Of a stretch of 64,000 nt of DNA, positions 37,788-52,400 are shown in pieces (position 1 is the stretch's first letter; every line of letters starts with the position of its first letter). The DNA lies in NCBI RefSeq assembly GCF_009914755.1, contig NC_060944.1, one strand, 5' to 3'. The translations under genes were made by a program, and so were the position numbers. Source of the stretch: the human T2T-CHM13v2.0 reference genome, Homo sapiens. Below the pieces are notes generated by a model. That model saw nothing but the letters and a program-made list of their open reading frames with translations. It was not told the DNA's origin and made no database searches.

Positions 37788-39227
37788 ATATCTTCATATA
37801 AAATCTAGACAGAAGCATTCTCAGAAACTTCCTTGTGATGGTTGCATTCAAGTCACGGAGTTGAACATTCGCTTTCATAGAGCAGGTTGGAAACACTCTT
37901 TTTCCATTCCGTGGAAGTGGACATTGGGAGCGCTTCGAGGCCTATGGTGAAAAAGGAAATATCTTCCCATCAAAACTAGACAGAAGCATTCTCAGAAACT
38001 TATTTGTGATGTGTGTCCTCACCTGACAGAGTTGAACATTTCTTTTGAGAGAGCAGTTTTGAAACACTCTTTTTGTGGAATCTGCAAGTGGATATTCGGC
38101 TGGCTTTGACGACTTCGTTGGAAACGGGAATACATATAAAAAGCAGACAGCAGCGTTCTGAGAAAGTTCTTGGTGATGTTTGCATTCAAGTCACTGAATG
38201 GAAAGTTCCCTTTCATAGAACAGGTTTGAAACACTCTTTTTGTCGTATCTGGAAGTGTCCATTTGGAGCGCATTCAGGCTTGTGTTGAAAAAGGAAATAT
38301 CTTCCCATAAAAACTAGACAGAAGCATTCTCAGCAACTTGTTTGTGATGTGTGCCCTCTACTAACAGAGTTGAACCTTTCTTTTCATAGAGCAGTTTTGA
38401 AACACTCTTTTTGTAGAATCTGCAGGAGGATATTTGCATAGCTTTGAGGATTTCATTGGAAACGGGATTGTCTTCAGATAAAATCCAGACAGAAGCATTC
38501 TCAGAAACTTCGCTGGGATGTTTCCATTCAAGTCACAGAGGAGAACATGCCCTTTCGTAGAGAAGGTTTAAAACACTCTTTTTGTAGTATCTGGAAGTGG
38601 ACATTTGGAGCAGTTTCAGGCCTATGTTGAAAAAGGAAATATCTTCCCTTAACAACTGGACAGAAGCATTCTCAGAAGCTAGTCTCTGATGTGTGTCCTC
38701 AACTAACAGAGTTGAACATTTCTTTAGACAGAACAGTTTTGAAACACTCTTTTTGTGGAGTCTGCAAGTGGATATTTGGCTAGATTTTTAGGATTTCGTT
38801 GGAAACCGGATTACGTATAAAAAGCCGACAGCAGCATTCTCAGAAACTTCTTTGTGATGTTTGCATTGAAGTCACAGAATTGAACATTCCCTTTCACAGA
38901 GCAGTTTTGTAACACTCTTTTGGTAGTGTCTGTAAGTGTACCTTAGGATCGCTTTCCGGCCTAAGTTGAAAAAGGACATATCTTCCCATAAAAACCAGAC
39001 AGAAGCATTCTCAGAAACTTACTCGTGATGTGTGTCCTCAACTGACGGAGTAGAACCTTTCTTTTGATAGAGCAGATTTGAGAACACACTTTTTGTAGAA
39101 TCTGCAAGTGGATATTTGGATAGCTTTGGGGATTTCATTGGAAACGGGAATATCTTCATATAAAATCTAGACAGAAGCATTCTCAGAAACTTCCTTGTGA
39201 TGGTTGCATTCAATTCACAGAGTTGAG

Positions 39228-42200
39228 CATTCGCTTTCATAGAGCAGGTTGGAAATACTCTTTTTCCATTCCCTGGAAGTGGACATTTGGAGCGCTTCGA
39301 GGCCTATGGTGAAAAAGGAAACATCTTCCCATAAAAACTAGACATTAGCATTCTCAGAAATTTATTTGTGATGTGTGTCCTCAACTGACAGAGTTGAACA
39401 TTTCTTTTGAGAGAGCAGTTTTGAAACACTCTTTTTGTGCAATCTGCAAGTCGATATTTGGCTGGCTTTGACGAATTCGTTGGAAACGGGAATACATATA
39501 AAAAGCAGACAGCAGTGTTCTCAGAAACTTCTTGGTGATGTTTTCATTCAAGTCACAGAATGGAACGTTCCCTTTCATAGAACAGGTTTGAAACTCTCCT
39601 TTTGTCGTAACTGGAAATGTCCATTTGGATCGCATTCAGGCTTGTGTTGAAAAAGGAAATATCTTCCCATAAAAACTAGAGAGAAGCATTCTCAGCAACT
39701 TGTTTGTGATGTGTGCCCTCTACTAACAGAGTTGAACCTTTCTTTTCATAGAGCAGTTTTGAAACACTCTTTTTGTAGAATCTGCAGGAGGATATTTGCA
39801 TAGTTTAAGGATTTCGTTGGAAACGGGATTGTCTTCAGATAAAATCCAGACAGAAGCATTCTCAGAAACTTCTTTGGGATGTTTGCATTCAAGTCACAGA
39901 GGAGAACATGCCCTTTCGTAGAGAAGGTTTGAAACACTCTTTTTGTAGTATCTGGAAGTGGACATCTGGAGCGGTTTCAGGCCTATGTTGAAAAAGGAAA
40001 TATCTTCCCGTAACAACTGGACAGAAGCTTTATCAGAAGCTAGTCTCTCATGTGTGACTTCAACTAACAGAGTTGAACATTTCTTTAGACAGAACAGTTT
40101 TGAAACACTCTTTTTGTGGCGTCTGCAAGTGGATATTTGGCTAGATTTGAGGATTTCGTTGGAAACGGGATAAGGTATAAAAAGCAGACAGCAGCATTCT
40201 CAGCAATTTCTTTGTGATGTTTGCATTCAAGTCACAGAATTGAACATTCCCTTTCACAGATCAGGTTTGAAACCCTCTTTTTGTAGTGTCTGTAAGTGGA
40301 CGTTTGGAGCGCTTTCCGGCCTAAGGTGAAAAAGGACATATCTTCCCATAAAAACTAGACAGAAGCATTCTCAGAAAGTTACTCGTGATGTGTGTCCTCA
40401 ACTAACGGAGTAGAACCTTTCTTTTGATAGAGCAGTTTTGAAACACTCTTTTTGTAGAATCTCCAAGTGGATATTTGGATAGCTTTGAGGATTTCATTGG
40501 AAACGGGAATATCTTCATATAAAATCTAGACAGAAGCATTCTCAGAAACTTCCTTGTGATGGTTGGATTCAAGTCACGGAGTTGAACATTCGCTTTCATA
40601 GAGCAGGTTGGAAACACTCTTTTTCCATTCCCTGGAAGTGGACATTTGGAGCGCTTTGAGGCCTATGGTGAAAAAGGAAATATCTTCCCATCAAAACTAG
40701 ATAGAAGCGTTCTCAGAAACTTATTTGTGATGTGTGTCCTCAACTGACATTGTTGAACATTTCTTTTGAGCGAGCAGTTTTGAAACACTCTTTTTGTGGA
40801 ATCTGCAAGTGGATATTTGGCTGGCTTTGACGATTTTGTTGGAAACGGGAATACATATAAAAAGCAGACAGCAGCGTTCTCAGAAACTTCTTGGTGAAGT
40901 TTTCATTCAAGTCACAGAATGGAACGTTCCCTTTCATAGAACAGGTTTGAAACTCTCCTTTTGTCGTAACTGGAAGTGTCCATTTGGATCGCATTCAGGC
41001 TTGTGTTGAAAAAGGAAATATCTTCCCATAAAAACTAGAGAGAAGCATTCTCAGCAACTTGTTTGTGATGTGTGCCCTCTACTAACAGAGTTGAACCTTT
41101 CTTTTCATAGAGCAGTTTTGAAACACTCTTTTTGTAGAATCTGCAGGAGGATATTTGCATAGTTTGAGGATTTCGTTGGAAACGGGATTGTCTTCAGATA
41201 AAATCCAGACAGAAGCATTCTCAGAAACCTCTTTGGGATGTTTGCATTCAAGTCACAGAGGAGAACATGCCGTTTCGTAGAGAAGGTTTGAAACACTCTT
41301 TTTGTTGTATCTGGAAGTGGACATTTGGAGCGGTTTCAGGCCTATGTTGAAAAAGGAAATATCTTCCCGTAACAACTGGACAGAAGCATTATCAGAAGCT
41401 AGTCTCTCATGTGTGAATTCAACTAACAGAGTTGAACATTTCTTTAGACAGAACAGTTTTGAAACACTCTTTTTGTGGAATCTGCAAGTGGATATTTGCC
41501 TAGATTTGAGGATTTCGTTGGAAACGGGATTACGTATAAAAAGCAGACAGCAGCATTCTCAGAAACTTCTTTGTGATGTTTGCATTCAAGTCACAGAATT
41601 GAACATTCCCTTTCACAGAGCAGGTGTAAAACACTCTTTTTGTAGTGTGTGTAAGTGGACCTTTGGAGCGCTCTCCGTCCTAAGGTGAAAAAGGACATAT
41701 CTTCCCATAAAAACTAGACACAAGCATTCTCAGAAACTTACTCGTGATATGTGACCTCAACTAATGGAGTAGAACCTTTCTTTTGATAGAGCAGTTTTGA
41801 AACACTCTTTTTGTAGGATCTGCAAGTGGATATTTGGATAGCTTTGAGGATTTCGTTGGAAACGGGAATATCTTCATATAAAATCTAGACAGAAGCATTC
41901 TCAGAAACTTCCTTGTGATGGTTGCATTCAAGTCACGGAGTTGAACATTCGCTTTCATAGAGCAGGATGGAAACACTCTTTTTGCATTCCCTGGAAGTGG
42001 ACATTTGGAGCGCTTCGAGGCCTATGGTGAAAAAGGAAATATTTTCCCATCAAAACTAGACAGAAGCATTCTCAGAAACTTATTTGTGATGTGTGTCCTC
42101 ACCTGACAGAGTTGAACATTTCTTTTGAGAGAGCAGATTTGAAACACTCTTTTTGTGTAATCTGCAAGTGGATATTTGGCTGGCTTTGACGACTTCGTTG

Positions 42201-45200
42201 GAAACGGGAATACATATAAAAAGCAGACAGCAGCGTTCTGAGAAACTTTTTGGTGATGTTTGCATTCAAGTCACTGAATGGAAAGTTCCCTTTCATAGAA
42301 CAGGTTTGAAACTCTCCTTTTGTCGTAACTGGAAGTGTCCATTTGGAGCGCATTCAGGCTTGTGTTGAAAAAGGAAATATCTTCCCATAAAAACTAGACA
42401 GAAGCATTCTCAGCAACTTGTTTGTGATGTGTGCCCTCTATTAACAGAGTTGAACCTTTCTTTTCATAGAGCAGTTTTGAAACACTCTTTTTGTAGAATC
42501 TGCAGGAGGATATTTGCATAGCTTTGAGGATTTCGTTGGAAATGGGATTGTCTTCAGATAAAATCCAGACAGAAGCATTCTCAGAAACTTCGCTGGGATG
42601 TTTGCATACAAGTCACAGAGGAGAACATGCCCTTTCGTAGAGAAGGCTTGAAACATACTCTTTGTAGTATCTGGAAGTGGACATTTGGAGCAGTTTCAGG
42701 CCTAAGTTGAAAAAGGAAATATCTTCCCTTAAAAACTGGACAGAAGCATTCTCAGAAGATAGTCTCTAATGTGTGTCCTCAACTAACAGAGTTGAAGATT
42801 TGTGTAGACAGAAAAGTTTTGAAACACTCTTTTTGTGGAGTCTGCAAGTGGATATTTGGATAGCTGTGAGGATTTCATTGGAAACGGGAATATCTTCATA
42901 TAAAATCTAGACAGAAGCATTCTCACAAACTTCCTTGTGATGGTTGCATTCAAGTCACGGAGTTGAACATTCGGTTTCATAGAGCAGGTTGGAAACACTC
43001 TTTTTCCATTCCCTGGAAGTGGACATTTGGAGCGCTTCAAGGCCTACGGTTAAAAAGGAAATATCTTCCCATATAAACTAGACAGAAGCATTCTCAGAAA
43101 CTTCTTTGTGATGTGTGTCCTCAACTAACAGAGTTGAACATTTCTTTTGAGAGAACATTTTTGAAACACTCTTTTTGTGGAATGTGCAAGTGGATATTTG
43201 GCTGGCTTTGACGATTTCATTGGAAACGGGAATACAAATAAAAAGCAGACAGCAGCGTTCTGAGAAAATTCTTGGTGATGTTTGCATTCAAGTCACAGTA
43301 TGGAACGTTCCCTTTCATAGAACAGCTTTGAAACACTCCTTTTGTCGTATCTGGAAGTGTCCTTTTGGAGCGCATTCAGGCTTGTGTTGAAAAAGGAAAT
43401 ATCTTCCCATAAAAACTAGACAGAAGCATTCTCAGCAACTTGTTTGTGATGTGTGCCCTCTACTAACAGAGCTGAACCTTTTTTTTCATAGAGCAGTTTT
43501 GAAACACTCTTTTTGTAGAATCTGCAGGAGGATATTTGCATAGATTTGAGGATTTCGTTGGAAACGGGATTGTCTTCAGATAAAATCGAGACAGAAGCAT
43601 TCTCAGTAACTTCGCTGGGATGTTTCCATTCAAGTCACAGAGGAGAACATGCCCTTTCGTAGAGAAGGTTTAAAACACTCTTTTTGTAGTATCTGGAAGT
43701 GGACATTTGGAGCGGTTTCAGGCCTATGTTGAAGAAGGAAATATCTTCCCTTAACAACTGGACAGAAGCATTCTCAGAAGCTAGTCTATGATGTGTGTCC
43801 TCAACTAACAGAGTTGAACATTTCTTTAGACAGAACAGTTTTGAAACACTCTTTTTGTGGAGTCTGCAAGTGGATATTTGGCTAGATTTGAGGATTTCTT
43901 TGGAAACGGGATTACGTATAAAAAGCAGACAGCAGCATTCTCAGAAACTTCTTTGTGATGTTTGCATTCAAGTCACAGAATTGAACATTCCCTTTCACAG
44001 ATCAGGTTTGAAACCCTCTTTTTGTAGTGTCTGTAAGTGGACGTTTGGAGCGCTTTCCGGCCTAAGGTGAAAAAGGACATATCTTCCCATAAAAACTAGA
44101 CAGAAGCATTCTTAGAAAGTTACTCGTGATGTGTGTCCTCAACTAACGGAGTAGAACCTTTCTTTTGATAGAGCAGTTTTGAAACACTCTTTTTGTAGAA
44201 TCTCCAAGTGGATATTTGGATAGCTTTGAGGATTTCATTGGAAACGGGAATATCTTCATATAAAATCTAGACAGAAGCATTCTCAGAAACTTCCTTGTGA
44301 TGGTTGCATTCAAGTCACGGAGTTGAACATTCGCTTTCATAGAGCAGGTTGGAAATACTCTTTTTCCATTCCCTGGAAGTGGACATTTGGAGCGCTTCGA
44401 GGCCTATGGTGAAAAAGGAAACATCTTCCCATAAAAACTAGACATTAGCATTCTCAGAAATTTATTTGTGATGTGTGTCCTCAACTGACAGAGTTGAACA
44501 TTTCTTTTGAGAGAGCAGTTTTGAAACACTCTTTTTGTGCAATCTGCAAGTCGATATTTGGCTGGCTTTGACGAATTCGTTGGAAACGGGAATACATATA
44601 AAAAGCAGACAGCAGTGTTCTCAGAAACTTCTTGGTGATGTTTTCATTCAAGTCACAGAATGGAACGTTCCCTTTCATAGAACAGGTTTGAAACTCTCCT
44701 TTTGTCGTAACTGGAAATGTCCATTTGGATCGCATTCAGGCTTGTGTTGAAAAAGGAAATATCTTCCCATAAAAACTAGAGAGAAGCATTCTCAGCAACT
44801 TGTTTGTGATGTGTGCCCTCTACTAACAGAGTTGAACCTTTCTTTTCATAGAGCAGTTTTGAAACACTCTTTTTGTAGAATCTGCAGGAGGATATTTGCA
44901 TAGTTTAAGGATTTCGTTGGAAACGGGATTGTCTTCAGATAAAATCCAGACAGAAGCATTCTCAGAAACTTCTTTGGGATGTTTGCATTCAAGTCACAGA
45001 GGAGAACATGCCCTTTCGTAGAGAAGGTTTGAAACACTCTTTTTGTAGTATCTGGAAGTGGACATCTGGAGCGGTTTCAGGCCTATGTTGAAAAAGGAAA
45101 TATCTTCCCGTAACAACTGGACAGAAGCTTTATCAGAAGCTAGTCTCTCATGTGTGACTTCAACTAACAGAGTTGAACATTTCTTTAGACAGAACAGTTT

Positions 45201-48200
45201 TGAAACACTCTTTTTGTGGCGTCTGCAAGTGGATATTTGGCTAGATTTGAGGATTTCGTTGGAAACGGGATAAGGTATAAAAAGCAGACAGCAGCATTCT
45301 CAGCAATTTCTTTGTGATGTTTGCATTCAAGTCACAGAATTGAACATTCCCTTTCACAGATCAGGTTTGAAACCCTCTTTTTGTAGTGTCTGTAAGTGGA
45401 CGTTTGGAGCGCTTTCCGGCCTAAGGTGAAAAAGGACATATCTTCCCATAAAAACTAGACAGAAGCATTCTCAGAAAGTTACTCGTGATGTGTGTCCTCA
45501 ACTAACGGAGTAGAACCTTTCTTTTGATAGAGCAGTTTTGAAACACTCTTTTTGTAGAATCTCCAAGTGGATATTTGGATAGCTTTGAGGATTTCATTGG
45601 AAACGGGAATATCTTCATATAAAATCTAGACAGAAGCATTCTCAGAAACTTCCTTGTGATGGTTGGATTCAAGTCACGGAGTTGAACATTCGCTTTCATA
45701 GAGCAGGTTGGAAACACTCTTTTTCCATTCCCTGGAAGTGGACATTTGGAGCGCTTTGAGGCCTATGGTGAAAAAGGAAATATCTTCCCATCAAAACTAG
45801 ATAGAAGCGTTCTCAGAAACTTATTTGTGATGTGTGTCCTCAACTGACATTGTTGAACATTTCTTTTGAGCGAGCAGTTTTGAAACACTCTTTTTGTGGA
45901 ATCTGCAAGTGGATATTTGGCTGGCTTTGACGATTTTGTTGGAAACGGGAATACATATAAAAAGCAGACAGCAGCGTTCTCAGAAACTTCTTGGTGAAGT
46001 TTTCATTCAAGTCACAGAATGGAACGTTCCCTTTCATAGAACAGGTTTGAAACTCTCCTTTTGTCGTAACTGGAAGTGTCCATTTGGATCGCATTCAGGC
46101 TTGTGTTGAAAAAGGAAATATCTTCCCATAAAAACTAGAGAGAAGCATTCTCAGCAACTTGTTTGTGATGTGTGCCCTCTACTAACAGAGTTGAACCTTT
46201 CTTTTCATAGAGCAGTTTTGAAACACTCTTTTTGTAGAATCTGCAGGAGGATATTTGCATAGTTTGAGGATTTCGTTGGAAACGGGATTGTCTTCAGATA
46301 AAATCCAGACAGAAGCATTCTCAGAAACCTCTTTGGGATGTTTGCATTCAAGTCACAGAGGAGAACATGCCGTTTCGTAGAGAAGGTTTGAAACACTCTT
46401 TTTGTAGTATCTGGAAGTGGACATTTGGAGCGGTTTCAGGCCTATGTTGAAAAAGGAAATATCTTCCCGTAACAACTGGACAGAAGCATTATCAGAAGCT
46501 AGTCTCTCATGTGTGAATTCAACTAACAGAGTTGAACATTTCTTTAGACAGAACAGTTTTGAAACACTCTTTTTGTGGAATCTGCAAGTGGATATTTGCC
46601 TAGATTTGAGGATTTCGTTGGAAACGGGATTACGTATAAAAAGCAGACAGCAGCATTCTCAGAAACTTCTTTGTGATGTTTGCATTCAAGTCACAGAATT
46701 GAACATTCCCTTTCACAGAGCAGGTGTAAAACACTCTTTTTGTAGTGTGTGTAAGTGGACCTTTGGAGCGCTCTCCGTCCTAAGGTGAAAAAGGACATAT
46801 CTTCCCATAAAAACTAGACACAAGCATTCTCAGAAACTTACTCGTGATATGTGACCTCAACTAATGGAGTAGAACCTTTCTTTTGATAGAGCAGTTTTGA
46901 AACACTCTTTTTGTAGGATCTGCAAGTGGATATTTGGATAGCTTTGAGGATTTCGTTGGAAACGGGAATATCTTCATATAAAATCTAGACAGAAGCATTC
47001 TCAGAAACTTCCTTGTGATGGTTGCATTCAAGTCACGGAGTTGAACATTCGCTTTCATAGAGCAGGATGGAAACACTCTTTTTGCATTCCCTGGAAGTGG
47101 ACATTTGGAGCGCTTCGAGGCCTATGGTGAAAAAGGAAATATTTTCCCATCAAAACTAGACAGAAGCATTCTCAGAAACTTATTTGTGATGTGTGTCCTC
47201 ACCTGACAGAGTTGAACATTTCTTTTGAGAGAGCAGATTTGAAACACTCTTTTTGTGTAATCTGCAAGTGGATATTTGGCTGGCTTTGACGACTTCGTTG
47301 GAAACGGGAATACATATAAAAAGCAGACAGCAGCGTTCTGAGAAACTTTTTGGTGATGTTTGCATTCAAGTCACTGAATGGAAAGTTCCCTTTCATAGAA
47401 CAGGTTTGAAACTCTCCTTTTGTCGTAACTGGAAGTGTCCATTTGGAGCGCATTCAGGCTTGTGTTGAAAAAGGAAATATCTTCCCATAAAAACTAGACA
47501 GAAGCATTCTCAGCAACTTGTTTGTGATGTGTGCCCTCTATTAACAGAGTTGAACCTTTCTTTTCATAGAGCAGTTTTGAAACACTCTTTTTGTAGAATC
47601 TGCAGGAGGATATTTGCATAGCTTTGAGGATTTCGTTGGAAATGGGATTGTCTTCAGATAAAATCCAGACAGAAGCATTCTCAGAAACTTCGCTGGGATG
47701 TTTGCATACAAGTCACAGAGGAGAACATGCCCTTTCGTAGAGAAGGCTTGAAACATACTCTTTGTAGTATCTGGAAGTGGACATTTGGAGCAGTTTCAGG
47801 CCTAAGTTGAAAAAGGAAATATCTTCCCTTAAAAACTGGACAGAAGCATTCTCAGAAGATAGTCTCTAATGTGTGTCCTCAACTAACAGAGTTGAAGATT
47901 TGTGTAGACAGAAAAGTTTTGAAACACTCTTTTTGTGGAGTCTGCAAGTGGATATTTGGATAGCTGTGAGGATTTCATTGGAAACGGGAATATCTTCATA
48001 TAAAATCTAGACAGAAGCATTCTCACAAACTTCCTTGTGATGGTTGCATTCAAGTCACGGAGTTGAACATTCGGTTTCATAGAGCAGGTTGGAAACACTC
48101 TTTTTCCATTCCCTGGAAGTGGACATTTGGAGCGCTTCAAGGCCTACGGTTAAAAAGGAAATATCTTCCCATATAAACTAGACAGAAGCATTCTCAGAAA

Positions 48201-49455
48201 CTTCTTTGTGATGTGTGTCCTCAACTAACAGAGTTGAACATTTCTTTTGAGAGAACATTTTTGAAACACTCTTTTTGTGGAATGTGCAAGTGGATATTTG
48301 GCTGGCTTTGACGATTTCATTGGAAACGGGAATACAAATAAAAAGCAGACAGCAGCGTTCTGAGAAAATTCTTGGTGATGTTTGCATTCAAGTCACAGTA
48401 TGGAACGTTCCCTTTCATAGAACAGCTTTGAAACACTCCTTTTGTCGTATCTGGAAGTGTCCTTTTGGAGCGCATTCAGGCTTGTGTTGAAAAAGGAAAT
48501 ATCTTCCCATAAAAACTAGACAGAAGCATTCTCAGCAACTTGTTTGTGATGTGTGCCCTCTACTAACAGAGCTGAACCTTTTTTTTCATAGAGCAGTTTT
48601 GAAACACTCTTTTTGTAGAATCTGCAGGAGGATATTTGCATAGATTTGAGGATTTCGTTGGAAACGGGATTGTCTTCAGATAAAATCGAGACAGAAGCAT
48701 TCTCAGTAACTTCGCTGGGATGTTTCCATTCAAGTCACAGAGGAGAACATGCCCTTTCGTAGAGAAGGTTTAAAACACTCTTTTTGTAGTATCTGGAAGT
48801 GGACATTTGGAGCGGTTTCAGGCCTATGTTGAAGAAGGAAATATCTTCCCTTAACAACTGGACAGAAGCATTCTCAGAAGCTAGTCTATGATGTGTGTCC
48901 TCAACTAACAGAGTTGAACATTTCTTTAGACAGAACAGTTTTGAAACACTCTTTTTGTGGAGTCTGCAAGTGGATATTTGGCTAGATTTGAGGATTTCTT
49001 TGGAAACGGGATTACGTATAAAAAGCAGACAGCAGCATTCTCAGAAACTTCTTTGTGATGTTTGCATTCAAGTCACAGAATTGAACATTCCCTTTCACAG
49101 ATCAGGTTTGAAACCCTCTTTTTGTAGTGTCTGTAAGTGGACGTTTGGAGCGCTTTCCGGCCTAAGGTGAAAAAGGACATATCTTCCCATAAAAACTAGA
49201 CAGAAGCATTCTTAGAAAGTTACTCGTGATGTGTGTCCTCAACTAACGGAGTAGAACCTTTCTTTTGATAGAGCAGTTTTGAAACACTCTTTTTGTAGAA
49301 TCTCCAAGTGGATATTTGGATAGCTTTGAGGATTTCATTGGAAACGGGAATATCTTCATATAAAATCTAGACAGAAGCATTCTCAGAAACTTCCTTGTGA
49401 TGGTTGCATTCAAGTCACGGAGTTGAACATTCGCTTTCATAGAGCAGGTTGGAAA
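39228..49455 (+). repeat. Near-identical 5100-bp (30-monomer) tandem duplication inside the HOR array
   Basis: Sequence lines match at offset +5100 (39241=44341, 40021=45121, 42661=47761, 44101=49201), and ORF coordinates repeat at +5100. I noticed one difference: 41306 T vs 46406 A. Confidence 0.96.
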
Positions 49456-52400
49456 CACTCTTTTTCCATTCCCTGGAAGTGGACATTTGGAGCGCTTTGA
49501 GGCCTATGGTGAAAAAGGAAATATCTTCCCATCAAAACTAGATAGAAGCGTTCTCAGAAACTTATTTGTGATGTGTGTCCTCAACTGACATTGTTGAACA
49601 TTTCTTTTGAGCGAGCAGTTTTGAAACACTCTTTTTGTGGAATCTGCAAGTGGATATTTGGCTGGCTTTGACGATTTTGTTGGAAACGGGAATACATATA
49701 AAAAGCAGACAGCAGCGTTCTCAGAAACTTCTTGGTGATGTTTGCATTGAAGTCATAGAATGAAGCGTCCCCTTTCATAGAACAGGTTTGAAACACGCCT
49801 TTTGTCGTATCTGGAAGTGTCCATTTTGAGCGAATTCAGGATTGTGTTGAAAAAGGAAATATTTTCCCACAAAAACTAGACAGAAAAATTCTCAGCAACT
49901 CGTTTGTGATGTGTGCCTTCTACTAACAGAGCTGAACCTTTCTTTTCATAGAGCAGTTTTGAAACACTCTTTTTGTAGAATCTGCAGGAACATATTTGCA
50001 TATCTTTGAGGATTTCGTTGGAAAGGGGATTGTCTTCAGATAAAATCCAGACAGAAGCATTCTCAGAAACTTCCTTGGGATGTTTGCATACAAGTCACAG
50101 AGGAGAACATGCCCTTTCGTAGAGAAGGTTTGAAACATTCTCTTTGTAGTATCTGGAAGTGGACATTTGGAGCAGTTTCAGGCCTAAGTTGAAAAAGGAA
50201 ATATCTTCCCTTAAAAACTGGACAGAAGCATTCTCAGAAGATAGTCTCTAATGTGTGTCCTCAACTAACAGAGTTGAACATTTCTTTAGACAGTACAGTT
50301 TTGAAACACTGTTTTTGTGGAGTCTGCAAGTGGATATTTGGCTAGATTTGAGGATTTCGTTGGAAACGTGATAAGGTATAAAAAGCCGACAGCAGCATTC
50401 TCAGCAACTTCTTTGTGATGTTTGCATTCAAGTCACAGAATTGAACATTCCCTTTCACAGAGCAGGTTTGAAACACTCTATTTGAAGTGTCTGTAAGTGG
50501 ACATTTGGAGCGCTTTACGGCCTATGGTGAAAAAGGACATATCTTCCCATAAAAACCAGACAGAAGCATTCTCAGAAACTTACTCGTGATGTGTGTCCTC
50601 AACTAACGGGGTAGAACCTTTCTTTTGATTGAGCAGTTTTGAAACACTCTTTTTGTAGAATCTGCAAGTGGATATTTGGATAGCTTTGAGGATTTCATTG
50701 GAAACGGGAATATCTTCATATAAAATCTAGACAGAAGCATTCTCAGAAACTTCCTTGTGATGATTGCATTCAAATCACGGAGTTAAACATTTGCTTTCAT
50801 AGAGAAGGTTGGAAACAATCCTTTTCCATTTCCTGGAAGTGGACGTTTGGAGCGCTTGAGGCCTATGGTGAAAAAGGAAATATCTTCCCATAAAAACTAG
50901 ACAGAAGCATTCTCAGAAACTTATTTGTGATGTGTGCCCTGAACTAACGGAGTAGAACCTTTCTTTTGATAGAGCAGTTTTGAAACACTCTTTTTGTAAA
51001 ATCTGCAAGTGGATATTTGCATAGCTTTGGGGATTTCATTGGAAACGGGAATATCTTCATATAAAATCTAGACAGAAGCATTCTCAGAAACTTCCTTGTG
51101 ATGGTTGCATTCAAATCACGGAGTTGAAAATTCGCTTTCATAGAGCAGGTTGGAAACACTCTTTTTCCATTCCCTGGAAGTGGACATTTGGAGCGCTTCG
51201 AGGCCTATGGTGAAAAAGGAAATATCTTCCCATCAAAACTAGACAGAAGCATTCTCAGAAACTTATTTGTGATGTGTGTCCTCAACTAACAGATTTGAAC
51301 ATTTCTTTTGAGAGAGCAGTTTTGAAACACTCTTTTTGTGGAACCTGCAAGTGGATATTTGGCTGGCTTTGACGATTTCGTTGGAAACGGGAATACATAT
51401 AAAAAGCAGACAGCAGCGTTCTGAGAAACTTCTTGGTGATGTTTGCATTCAAGTCACAGAACGGAACGTTCCCTTTCAAAGAACAGGTTTGAAACTCTCC
51501 TTTTGTCGTATCTGGAAGTGTCCATTTGGATCGCATTCAGGCTTGTGTTGAAAAAGGAAATATCTTCCCATAAAAACTAGACAGAAGCATTCTCAGCAAC
51601 TTGTTTGTGATGTGTGACCTCTACTAACAGAGTTGAACCTTTCTTTTCATACAGCAGTTTTGAAACACTCTGTTTGTAGAACCTGCAGGAGGATATTTGC
51701 ATAGCTTTGAGGATTTCGTTGGAAACGGGATTGTCTTCAGATAAAATCCAGACAGAAGCATTCTCAGAAACTTCTTTAGGATGTTTGCAGACAAGTCACA
51801 GAGGAGAACATGCCCTTTCGTAGAGAAGGTTTGAAACACTCTCTTTGTAGTATCTGAAAGTGGACATTTGGAGCGGTTTAAGGCCTATGTTGAAAAAGGA
51901 AATATCTTCCCTTAACAACTAGAAAGAAGCATTCTCAGAAGCTAGTCTCTGATGTGTGTGCTGAACTAACAGAGTTGAACATTTCTTTTGACAGAACAGT
52001 TTTGAAACACTCTTTTTGTGGAGTCTGCAAGTGGATATTTGGCTAAATTTTTAGGATTTCGTTGGAAACGGGATTACATATAAAAAGCCGTCAGCAGCAT
52101 TCTCAGAAACTTCTTTGTGATGTTTGCATTCAAGTCACAAAATTGAACATTCCCTTTCACAGAGCAGGTTTGAAACACTCTATTTGTAGTGTCTGTAAGT
52201 GGACCTTTGGAGCGCTTTCCGGCCTAAGGTGAAAAAGGACATATCTTCCCATAAAAACCAGACAGAAGCATTCTCAGAAACTTACTCGTGATGTGTGTCC
52301 TCAACTAACGGAATAGAACCTTTCTTTTAATAGAGCAGTTTTGAAACAATCTTTTTGTAGAATCTGCATGTGGATATTTGGATAGCTTTGAGGATTTCAT

